A stretch of 32,000 bases of DNA from positions 300,001-332,000 of the forward strand of contig CP066689.1 of the NCBI GenBank assembly GCA_016432445.1. The letters are read 5' to 3'. Origin of the DNA: Candidatus Saccharimonadota bacterium. GTDB taxonomy: Bacteria; Patescibacteriota; Microgenomatia; UBA1406; GWC2-37-13. Made by a program: the position numbers and the translations under genes. The notes beneath the pieces were generated by a model, which was not told the DNA's origin, searched no databases, and was given only the letters and a program-made list of their open reading frames with translations. Of the stretch, positions 5,822 to 14,865 are shown one piece after another. Position 1 is the stretch's first letter. Every line of letters starts with the position of its first letter.

Positions 5822-5873
5822 ATTCCTGTTTTCCTGTTAATTTTCATTTTATAAGTTAAAAAATTAAAAGTCT

Positions 5874-6176
5874 ATGGCAAAACAAAAAACCAGTATTAAA
5901 CCTCTTTTTGACTACGTATTGGTTCGACCACTTCAAGGTGAAACAAAAACTCCATCAGGTATACTTTTACCAGATACAGCCAAAGAAAAACCTCAGGTTG
6001 GTGAGATTATGGCTGTTGGACCAGGATGGCACAATGACGAAGGAAAAGTATTTCCTTTAACCGTTAAGGTAGGTCAAAAAGTGCTTTATAAGAAATGGGG
6101 AGGTAATGAAGTAAAAGTTGGTCAAGAAGAATGGCTTTTGCTTAAACAGGAAGACGTTATGGCTGTTGTTGAATGA
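5874..6176 (+). CDS. groES: co-chaperonin GroES
   Basis: 100 aa. IKPLFDYVLVRP..TPSGILLPDTAKEKPQVGEIMAVGPG is typical Cpn10. Directly upstream of groEL. Confidence 0.97.
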   Translation: MAKQKTSIKPLFDYVLVRPLQGETKTPSGILLPDTAKEKPQVGEIMAVGPGWHNDEGKVFPLTVKVGQKVLYKKWGGNEVKVGQEEWLLLKQEDVMAVVE

Positions 6177-6218
6177 GATCTTTAATCTTAGATCCTGGAT
6201 GTTAGATTTTGGAATTTA
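6177..6218. repeat. tandem degenerate heptamer array in the groES-groEL spacer
   Basis: GATCTTT AATCTTA GATCCTG GATGTTA GATTTTG GAATTTA, starting at the base after the groES TGA. 6187-6210 matches 4152-4175 at 21 of 24 positions. Confidence 0.65.
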
Positions 6219-6233
6219 CTATTAAAAATTTAA

Positions 6234-7880
<1,647 letters not shown>

Positions 7881-7891
7881 GTATAATTTTG

Positions 7892-8608
7892 TCAATGATT
7901 TTTTGTAGGGACAGGTCGCGACCTGTCCCTACTTTTTTTTAATAAATTAATTACTTCTTCATCGGTTGTCTGCTCAAAATTTTCATAATAAAGGCCAATG
8001 GCCTGAAAATCAAAGAGAGAGTGAAGACAGATAAAATCATCAACTTTCAGGTTAAAGCTTCGGGAGGCTGTATTGGAGCAAACAGGTAATGCTATGATTA
8101 ACTGTTTTGGTTTTAATTTTGAAAGAGCAGTTATAGCGGCTAAGGCAGTGACTCCGGTTGCCAGTCCATCATCAACCAAAATTACCGTTTTATCTTTAAG
8201 GTCAGGGAGCGGGCGGTTACTTCTATATAATTCAATACGTCTTTTCATCTCTTTTTTTTCCTTTTCGATCACTTCATCAATTTGATTTTTTGAGTATCCA
8301 AGTGTTGATATTTTGTTTTCATTAAGCACTAAAGTATTGTTTTCGGATATGGCGCCCACCCCTAATTCAGGTTGTTCTGGGGCGCCGATTTTTCTAACAA
8401 TGATAACATCTAAAGGAACATTTAGTTTTTGAGCGATCTCATAGCCGACTATTACTCCACCTCTAGGTAGAGCTAAGACAATGGAGTAGGGACATAACAA
8501 TGTTCTGTCCCTACAGTACGTTATTAATTTTTCCGCAAGTTTCCGTCCTGCGTCTTTCCTGTCTTTAAAAAAAGTTTGAGGATAGTGAAAAGACTGAAAA
8601 ACCTGCAT
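7892..8608 (-). CDS. phosphoribosyltransferase-family protein (COG1926-like)
   Basis: Contains RKDAGRKLAEKL, LALPRGGVIVGYEIA and the PRPP motif VILVDDGLATGVT. Likely start is the ATG at 8606-8608 (MQVFQS..). The ORF track extends to 8752. The C-terminal tail and an internal 10-aa segment are encoded by palindromic repeats. Confidence 0.8.
   Translation of the reverse strand: MQVFQSFHYPQTFFKDRKDAGRKLAEKLITYCRDRTLLCPYSIVLALPRGGVIVGYEIAQKLNVPLDVIIVRKIGAPEQPELGVGAISENNTLVLNENKISTLGYSKNQIDEVIEKEKKEMKRRIELYRSNRPLPDLKDKTVILVDDGLATGVTALAAITALSKLKPKQLIIALPVCSNTASRSFNLKVDDFICLHSLFDFQAIGLYYENFEQTTDEEVINLLKKSRDRSRPVPTKNH
7905..7940 (+). terminator. rho-independent terminator of groEL, formed by a GTAGGGAC-family palindrome
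   Basis: Perfect 28-nt palindrome GTAGGGACAGGTCG/CGACCTGTCCCTAC (7905-7932), followed by T8 (7933-7940). Confidence 0.8.
8486..8514. repeat. GTAGGGAC-family palindromic element inside a CDS
   Basis: GTAGGGACATAACA-A-TGTTCTGTCCCTAC, a 29-nt palindrome with 1 mismatch. Translated in frame as ..CRDRTLLCPYS.. just before the LALPRGG motif. Confidence 0.65.
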
Positions 8609-8677
8609 AGGTTTATAGTAACTTTTTGGGTTAAAAAGATTGTAATAACCGTGTAATAAAAAAGTAAGAATCTTCTT

Positions 8678-8706
8678 TTGACACAGCTTTTTTTTTAGTG
8701 TATATT
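8678..8706 (+). promoter_or_regulatory. sigma70-type promoter for the 8718 gene (near-leaderless)
   Basis: TTGACA (8678-8683), 17-nt spacer, TATATT (8701-8706). The ATG at 8718 is 11 nt after the -10 and there is no SD. Confidence 0.55.
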
Positions 8707-8717
8707 TATAGCTCTTC

Positions 8718-9389
8718 ATGTTTAAATTTATTCGTTTCTTGCTTATCACCATTTTTTCTTTTTTGACTTTAATAGCCTTGACGCAAAAAGTTTTTGCAGG
8801 TCAAAAGATATTTTCGTGGTTTGAAACCAAAACTAAAAAAATGTCAGTTAATCCACCCATAAAAATATTTGGAACTGAAGTTAAATCTGAGCATGATTTA
8901 ACGCCAGCGCCAACAAGTGTGCCGACAGTTACTCCAATAATCCCAATTAATCCACCAGTTACACCAACTCTGCAACCTACAATTGCTCCAACAGCTGTGC
9001 CAACTGCAGCTCCAACTTCTTCTCCAAGCGTATCCATTGATGATCCGATAGGGTACATAATGAATGCGATTAATGATTATAGAAGATCTAAAGGTTTATC
9101 ATCAGTCAGCCCTGATCCTAATACCTGTAACTTAGCCAGAATAAGATCCGGAGAGATTGTTGATAATTTCAATCATGAAAATTTTTATAATATGGGAAAT
9201 AACAATACTCTTCCTTACCCGAGTTATTCTCAGGTTACCGAGAATCTGGCTATGATTGATGATTATAAAAAAGTAGTTGATCTTTGGATTAACTCGCCCA
9301 CTCATGCCGAGAATATGCAAAAAGATACTCCTTATGTTTGTGTTGCCTCTAATGGATATTATTATGCCTATGAAGGATGGAGACCTTAA
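8718..9389 (+). CDS. secreted CAP/SCP (YkwD-like) domain protein with a Pro/Thr-rich linker
   Basis: N-terminal signal/anchor, a PT-rich linker (PAPTSVPTVTPIIP..), then INDYRRSKGL..NHENF..ENLA..WINSPTHAENM, typical of the CAP domain. Confidence 0.75.
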   Translation: MFKFIRFLLITIFSFLTLIALTQKVFAGQKIFSWFETKTKKMSVNPPIKIFGTEVKSEHDLTPAPTSVPTVTPIIPINPPVTPTLQPTIAPTAVPTAAPTSSPSVSIDDPIGYIMNAINDYRRSKGLSSVSPDPNTCNLARIRSGEIVDNFNHENFYNMGNNNTLPYPSYSQVTENLAMIDDYKKVVDLWINSPTHAENMQKDTPYVCVASNGYYYAYEGWRP

Positions 9390-9533
9390 TTTTGAAATTT
9401 TATAGTAACACTAGAGGATAAACATCAAAGACGGCTTCTTCATAAGGGTGAGTTTTTTTAATTGTTTCGATTACTATTTTTACCAGGTAGTTCATGTAAT
9501 TATTATACTAATTGATGTGGTATATTATATCTT

Positions 9534-10313
9534 ATGCAAGATGTAGTTGGTAAAGATCGGTTTCCTATTCTGTCTTTTCCTAAGGATGAAGGTCAGAATG
9601 CCTTAAAAAGGTTAGGCGGTGTAAGAAAAGTTTTTGATAATGGTTTTACTTTATATCAACAACCTTCAGATATACAAGCTACTTGTACACCGTGTGCAGT
9701 TTTAAATGCTTCGCAATTATTAGGTGTGGATATTCCAGAAAATGAAGCTAATGATTTTATTCAGAATGCATTAGATAAATTTATGCAAACCGACAAAGAA
9801 CTTAACGAAGAAGAAATAAAAGCATTTATAAATAGATATGGGCTTAAAGATGTAAAATTATTACCTTTTCCTGAGGAAGCAATGGTGAATGTTCAAGGCA
9901 TGTTGAATTATTATATACAATCTTTACGAGAAGGACCGATATTATTAGATATTTCCACTGTGCTTTCAAAAAGGGACAGAGAGATTCAGCCAATTGTGAG
10001 ATTTAAAAGAGATATTCATGTTCTTCATAGAGTGGTGGCTGTTTTAGAAGGTAATAATTTATCTATCATTGATTCTTATGCTCCACAGCAACCAGAGATA
10101 TTCCATCTTACTGATAACCAAGAAAAATTGAGATTAACATCATGGTTGATAAGTCCTTGGAGTCAAATGATGATAACAGGAGAAGGTAAACCTATTAGTA
10201 GCGAAAATGTGCTTCAATATGCTTTTTCAATATTAAAGGATGATGCTTTAGCTAGTGAACGACTACCTTTTGCTATTCCCCAGACTGATCCTGTTGCTCT
10301 TAAAAGAAAATAG
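9534..10313 (+). CDS. hypothetical protein, possibly a papain-like (C39-like) cysteine peptidase
   Basis: 259 aa. Order Q..C (YQQPSDIQATCTPCAVLNA), then H (HVLHRVVAV), then D (SIIDSY), as in C39-like peptidase folds. By-eye assignment only. Confidence 0.4.
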   Translation: MQDVVGKDRFPILSFPKDEGQNALKRLGGVRKVFDNGFTLYQQPSDIQATCTPCAVLNASQLLGVDIPENEANDFIQNALDKFMQTDKELNEEEIKAFINRYGLKDVKLLPFPEEAMVNVQGMLNYYIQSLREGPILLDISTVLSKRDREIQPIVRFKRDIHVLHRVVAVLEGNNLSIIDSYAPQQPEIFHLTDNQEKLRLTSWLISPWSQMMITGEGKPISSENVLQYAFSILKDDALASERLPFAIPQTDPVALKRK

Positions 10314-10321
10314 TAAATATA

Positions 10322-10972
10322 ATGTTTTTAGTTTATTATGACATGATTAAGATTGATATAAAAGGCAAATTATACGCAGTTGAGGGAGGGTCGGGAAGTG
10401 GCAAAAATACTTTACTTGAGGCTTTAGCTGAAAAAGGATATAAAATTATCCGCGGTATTCCTTCACAAAATCCTCCTGAAAACAGTTTGCTTAATCAAGA
10501 ATCTCAGGAAATTTTAGATGGAGCCAGGATTAATATTCATACCATGAAGGCTGATCCTTTGGATATATTTAACCGCTATATAAAAATAATGGAGTCACAG
10601 CAAAAGGAGGCAGTTGATCTTAAAAAAAAAGGAATGAAAGTTTTTTTAAACCGCTCGGTAATTTCTTTTTTTGCTCATTATTCTTTAGTCGGCGGAGCCA
10701 AGTTAAATGAAGAATTAAGAAAGCTAACTGAAAAAATTTATAACGATTTTTTAAGAGAAATAAATGGAATTATAGTTATGGAGAAACCGATTAAAGGAGT
10801 TGCAAAAGAAGGTATTGCCGGATTACAAAATGAAGAGTCTGAATTTATTAATAAAACTGTTGAAGAACTAAATAAAGATAAAAATATCCTTTATCTTATA
10901 CTTAACGCTAATACAATGTTAGTTAGTGATGAAGTTTCAAGAATAGAAAAATTTATTGACGGATGTTTTTAA
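10322..10972 (+). CDS. P-loop NTPase, thymidylate-kinase-like (degenerate)
   Basis: P-loop VEGGSGSGKNT. FLNRSVISFFAHYSLVGG parallels the TMPK segment DRYxxSxxAYQ, with D replaced by N. Its stop overlaps the stop of the convergent gene (TTAA). Confidence 0.5.
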   Translation: MFLVYYDMIKIDIKGKLYAVEGGSGSGKNTLLEALAEKGYKIIRGIPSQNPPENSLLNQESQEILDGARINIHTMKADPLDIFNRYIKIMESQQKEAVDLKKKGMKVFLNRSVISFFAHYSLVGGAKLNEELRKLTEKIYNDFLREINGIIVMEKPIKGVAKEGIAGLQNEESEFINKTVEELNKDKNILYLILNANTMLVSDEVSRIEKFIDGCF

Positions 10973-12000
10973 CTGATTTCAATAAAACTATAGTTTTGGA
11001 AAGGGAGAAGAGCGGGTTTTATCTCAATCTTTTTTAAATCTTTTTCAACTTGTTCATATTGTTTTTTGGAAAGTATTCGCGGAGTCAATTTATTATTCCT
11101 ATATTCCAAAATTCCTCTACCTATCCAGTAATCAACAGTTGATGAGAAAGTTGAACCTAAGGTAAGATCTCGAAAGACATTATCAGGCGACAATCCAAAG
11201 GAGAAGTCTATACAAATATGATTATCTCCTCCTAAATAATCGCCAATACATTCTGGTTGAGCCTCTATTTCATAATAGGCTAGTTCAATAAGCCGCGATT
11301 CAATTATTCGATCTTGTTTCTCTTTTTCGCTTAAAGAAGTTAAATCTTTTTCACCTTTCCACATCAAAGACCTGTAACTTCGATGTAGTTCTTTTGATTT
11401 TTCAGTTTCAGATAATTTATCAAAAGCTTTTCTTCGTTCAGGTAATATTTTTTCAATTTGTGCTATTATTTTCGTTTGATCCAGCTTATCGGCAAGCCGA
11501 TTATAGCGGAACTGAAGATTTGAAGGGATATATTTTGAGAACCATTCTAAAAGTTTTCTAAATTTTTCTGAGTAAATGTCTAAACTTTTTTTAGGATAGT
11601 TATCCATTCGGCTAAGAATGATGTCTTCAGAAATATACTCGACGATAACTCCTGGTTTATGAACGGCAAGAATAGGCGAAGTATATTCAGTAAGAAAAAG
11701 TAAATTGAAAATTTCAGCCCAATCTGGTTCAGGATGAGATGGATTCCAAAAATGTTTATATCCGCCAAAAGGAATTGTAAAATGCAATGACCGATTTTCT
11801 CTAAGACTTAAATCTACTTTTTTCTTTATTTGTTTTTTTAGATTATCAGACATTTTTTGTTTTCTAAATCTTTTTCTTGCAATCTTTTTTTGGATAAATA
11901 AAGATTTATCTTGTTTGAAAATATTTTGATCGTCTTCCGTTAACTGATAAGGATTTATTTGAAAGCAGTTATTAAGATAATCATTCACGATTTTATCCAT
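10969..12000 (-). CDS. hypothetical protein, last gene of the GNAT-Nudix-radical SAM operon
   Basis: 343-aa ORF with a basic N-terminal stretch (KKIARKRFRKQK). Conserved-looking blocks FGGYKHFWNPSHPEPDW and DFSFGLSPDN. No family recognised. Confidence 0.65.
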   Translation of the reverse strand: MDKIVNDYLNNCFQINPYQLTEDDQNIFKQDKSLFIQKKIARKRFRKQKMSDNLKKQIKKKVDLSLRENRSLHFTIPFGGYKHFWNPSHPEPDWAEIFNLLFLTEYTSPILAVHKPGVIVEYISEDIILSRMDNYPKKSLDIYSEKFRKLLEWFSKYIPSNLQFRYNRLADKLDQTKIIAQIEKILPERRKAFDKLSETEKSKELHRSYRSLMWKGEKDLTSLSEKEKQDRIIESRLIELAYYEIEAQPECIGDYLGGDNHICIDFSFGLSPDNVFRDLTLGSTFSSTVDYWIGRGILEYRNNKLTPRILSKKQYEQVEKDLKKIEIKPALLPFQNYSFIEIS

Positions 12001-12015
12001 TGCAGATATATTTTA

Positions 12016-12888
12016 TCATTTTTTCTTGGGGAGGGTTTTGTGGTAGATGACTTTTCCTAGCCCCATTTTCATTCCTCTTCCTTGCATCGCTTTTTTAATT
12101 ATTTTTTCAAGATTGTCTCTGTACTCTTGAGTGTCTGAGTTTTCAAAGTCTGTTATTAATTTTGAGTCTTCTTTTTTTAAATATTCATAAAGTCTTGACT
12201 TGATTTTAGGACTTAGGTTAATATGTTCAAACCAGACTTCTTTAACTCCGACTTTTTGTAATTTATCTAAAAGATCGTTTATTTTTTCATCGTTGTTTAT
12301 AAAGTGGGGAAGGATAGGACCAATAAAAGCATAAGTTTTGATTCCTGATTTATTTAATTTATCAAGAGCTTCAAGCCGTGATGATATTGATGGCGCTCTT
12401 ACTTCTAAAAATCTTGAAATTTTATCATCAAGTGAGGTAATGGTAAATCCTACAGTTACATCTTTTAACTTTTTTAAAACATCAATATCATTTGTTACCA
12501 AAGGTGATTTAGTTTGTATTGAAATGTTTCCCTCATATCTAAACTCAGCTAATACTTCCAAACATTTTCTGGTTAAACGGTATTTAGTTTCTATACCAAC
12601 ATAAGGATCAGTAACTGAGCTAAAAAATACAGTGCCGAATTTTTTAGTGTTTAGTTTTTTATGTAATCTTTCTAACTCTTTTTTTAAAATTTCAGGAGCA
12701 TTAATCTTAACATCAACATAAGTGCCCCATTCTTCATCCGGGTGTTTCCACCGGGCAATTTGAGCGGCATAACAGTACATGCAAGCAAATAGACAGCCGT
12801 TGTAAGGGTTGATGACCCAATCTGCCCCAGGAAGGCCGGATTTGGTGAATACTGATTTTGCCTCTATAAAATTAATCTTTGGTATCAT
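12016..12888 (-). CDS. radical SAM protein, SplB/COG1533-like
   Basis: CxxxCxxC cluster motif in NPYNGCLFACMYCYA near the N-terminus. 290 aa. ATGA overlap with the upstream Nudix gene. Confidence 0.8.
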   Translation of the reverse strand: MIPKINFIEAKSVFTKSGLPGADWVINPYNGCLFACMYCYAAQIARWKHPDEEWGTYVDVKINAPEILKKELERLHKKLNTKKFGTVFFSSVTDPYVGIETKYRLTRKCLEVLAEFRYEGNISIQTKSPLVTNDIDVLKKLKDVTVGFTITSLDDKISRFLEVRAPSISSRLEALDKLNKSGIKTYAFIGPILPHFINNDEKINDLLDKLQKVGVKEVWFEHINLSPKIKSRLYEYLKKEDSKLITDFENSDTQEYRDNLEKIIKKAMQGRGMKMGLGKVIYHKTLPKKK

Positions 12889-13355
12889 GAAGAAATTATA
12901 TCAAGAGCTTTAAATGCATAGAATTTAATGTTGGGGATAATATCTTTATTTTCTTCTATTTCTTTTCTTGTGAACCATCTGCATTCTTCACTTTTTTCAT
13001 TCTCAGATTGATTAATTATGTCTGTTTTTGACCTCGCAAAATATATAAAAGTTATGTGTTCATGAGTTTTATTAATCCGGTTTCTGTTTAAAAAATAAGG
13101 GGGAATTAACTCAATGGTTTCATCTTTTTCTCGAAACCTTTTTAAACTATCATCAAGCTTGATATCCAGTCCAACTTCTTCTTTAACTTCTCTTATGGCC
13201 GCCTCAACTGGATCCTCATGAAGTTCAATATGTCCGCCCACACTTAACCATTTTTTATATTTATCATGTTTTCTTAGAAGGACTTTGTTTTTAAAGATTA
13301 TAAAAACTTCAACTGTAAAATCTATTCTTTCATGAATATGCGGCATAGATATCAT
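12885..13355 (-). CDS. Nudix hydrolase
   Basis: Nudix box GGHIELHEDPVEAAIREVKEEVGLDI. ATGA overlaps at both ends. Confidence 0.85.
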   Translation of the reverse strand: MISMPHIHERIDFTVEVFIIFKNKVLLRKHDKYKKWLSVGGHIELHEDPVEAAIREVKEEVGLDIKLDDSLKRFREKDETIELIPPYFLNRNRINKTHEHITFIYFARSKTDIINQSENEKSEECRWFTRKEIEENKDIIPNIKFYAFKALDIISS

Positions 13356-13840
13356 GCTAATTTTAGTTCAAGTTCGAGGGCGTCTCTTATTGGAATTCCG
13401 TTTTCTCCGACAAGTGGTATCTCGGGTTTTGTTTTACGAGCCTCATTAATTGCATTGGGATAAACCGCAATTATCTGGAAACCTCTTTTTTGATAAAAGC
13501 TTAAAGCACTGATATTCTCATTGGTGGTTTCTAAAATTATTCTTTTACATCTTTCTTCTTGAGCAATTTTCTTTAATTCATCTATCAATAAGGTTCCTAT
13601 TCCTCTGTTTTTTTCTAAGCTATTTAAAGTAATTATTTCTATTTTTTCAGCATCAATAATAAAAGTTAAAAGCCCTACTTTTTTATTATCATGCTCTACT
13701 ATTATTCCTAATACTTCTTCAGGTTTATAAATTTTATTGTTGCTTAAGACTACTTCTGATCCCCATTCATTAATAAATAATTTTTTAATCCATTCTGTAT
13801 CTTTTTCTGTTTTTGATCTTACTTGCATTTCCATAAGCAA
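13352..13840 (-). CDS. GNAT-family N-acetyltransferase
   Basis: The acetyl-CoA-binding block NRGIGTLLIDELKKIA plus ALSFYQKRGFQ is typical of GNAT. Confidence 0.8.
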   Translation of the reverse strand: MLMEMQVRSKTEKDTEWIKKLFINEWGSEVVLSNNKIYKPEEVLGIIVEHDNKKVGLLTFIIDAEKIEIITLNSLEKNRGIGTLLIDELKKIAQEERCKRIILETTNENISALSFYQKRGFQIIAVYPNAINEARKTKPEIPLVGENGIPIRDALELELKLA

Positions 13841-13867
13841 ATTGTATCAGATGTTATAATTGAAGTT

Positions 13868-14209
13868 ATGAAACTTATTGATAGTTTTATTTCTATTGAA
13901 GAACTTAATAAAATGTCTTCACGAATGTTTGGAGGATTAGTGAAAGCTGTAGTCGATATTGAAAAAGGAATAATGGTTGTGGATGCGGCAATGCACGCTG
14001 ATGAAGAAAAATATTTGATAGATCAAGGATCTAAACAGGATGATCTATGGGGAATAAATTTTTATCCTGATTTAAAAGGTGATGATTTTATTGAATTCGA
14101 TTCTTTAATTAATGTGAGACCGAGATTAAATAATCTAACGAGAGGGATTGAAGATGAGATGATAAGAAAAAAAATAATAGATATTGTTAATAAATTAGTT
14201 AAAAAATGA
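13868..14209 (+). CDS. small conserved hypothetical protein (recalls the DUF5674 family)
   Basis: Likely ATG at 13868 (MKLIDSF..), 7 nt after a TATAAT at 13855-13860. The motif GGLVKAVVDIEKGIMVVDAAMHADEE resembles, from memory, DUF5674 proteins. Needs an HMM check. Confidence 0.55.
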   Translation: MKLIDSFISIEELNKMSSRMFGGLVKAVVDIEKGIMVVDAAMHADEEKYLIDQGSKQDDLWGINFYPDLKGDDFIEFDSLINVRPRLNNLTRGIEDEMIRKKIIDIVNKLVKK

Positions 14210-14532
14210 AAGTATTTCATACAGAATTAGTTTCGCGGTGGACTAATTTTTCCATTTTCGAACAGATGGCAAATATAGGAGCGGAAGTCGGTAGAGCAAT
14301 AAACTGGCGTAATAGAAATAATCATGAAATGAGTAAAAACGCTTTTTACCGGGCACTTGAGCTTTTAGACTTTACAATTGGCGATTCAAAAAATAAAAAT
14401 TCTTTGAAAGAGGTTTTACGTGCAAGAGAGATGCTAGTAGATTATTTTATGGGAGATAATATTTACCACTCTACTGATGAAGTATGGAATAAATATTTTT
14501 ACTACTTTAATTTTGCAGCCCGCAATAAATAA
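14206..14532 (+). CDS. hypothetical protein, translationally coupled to the 13868 gene
   Basis: 108-aa ORF with an ATGA overlap to the upstream gene. No family recognised. Confidence 0.55.
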   Translation: MKVFHTELVSRWTNFSIFEQMANIGAEVGRAINWRNRNNHEMSKNAFYRALELLDFTIGDSKNKNSLKEVLRAREMLVDYFMGDNIYHSTDEVWNKYFYYFNFAARNK

Positions 14533-14597
14533 TACTACCGGAGATTGAATTTTGCCGGATAAAGGATTATATTGATATTAGATGGGAGGTGATAGAG

Positions 14598-14864
14598 ATG
14601 AAAGTTAATGAACAAAAATTAGCTTTAGTTTTTGCAGTAATCTCAGGAGGAGTCCGTGTTATTTGGTCAACCCTTGTGGCTTTAGGATGGGCAAAGCCGC
14701 TCCAAGATTTTGTATTCCAAATCCACTTCTTAGATAATCCTTTTACTATTCAACCTTTCGATATAACTAATGCTGTAGTGGCTGTTGTAGTGGCAACTGC
14801 TGTTGGTTATTTGGTTGGTTGGGTTGTGGGAATGGTTTGGAACAAGGTTTATCACAAAAAATAA
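14598..14864 (+). CDS. small two-helix membrane protein (paralog of 16469..16738)
   Basis: Strong SD GGGAGGTGA upstream of the ATG at 14598. Two TM segments and a C-terminal WNKVYHKK, similar to the WLYNKWHKNK tail of the 16469 gene. Confidence 0.6.
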   Translation: MKVNEQKLALVFAVISGGVRVIWSTLVALGWAKPLQDFVFQIHFLDNPFTIQPFDITNAVVAVVVATAVGYLVGWVVGMVWNKVYHKK

Positions 14865-14865
14865 T

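Noticed and set aside
5793-5873. CIRCE (HrcA) operator upstream of groES
   Set aside because: Nothing resembles TTAGCACTC-N9-GAGTGCTAA on either strand. Only the unrelated CTTGAC-N4-GTCAAG palindrome is present.
4149-6218. CRISPR-like interpretation of the short tandem repeats
   Set aside because: The repeat unit is 7 nt with no spacers. The arrays are under 60 nt and no cas genes are present. These are tandem heptamers, not CRISPR.
8801-9058. 85-aa minus-strand ORF rich in Gly/Val/Thr
   Set aside because: It is the antisense shadow of the Pro/Thr-rich linker of the CAP-domain protein.
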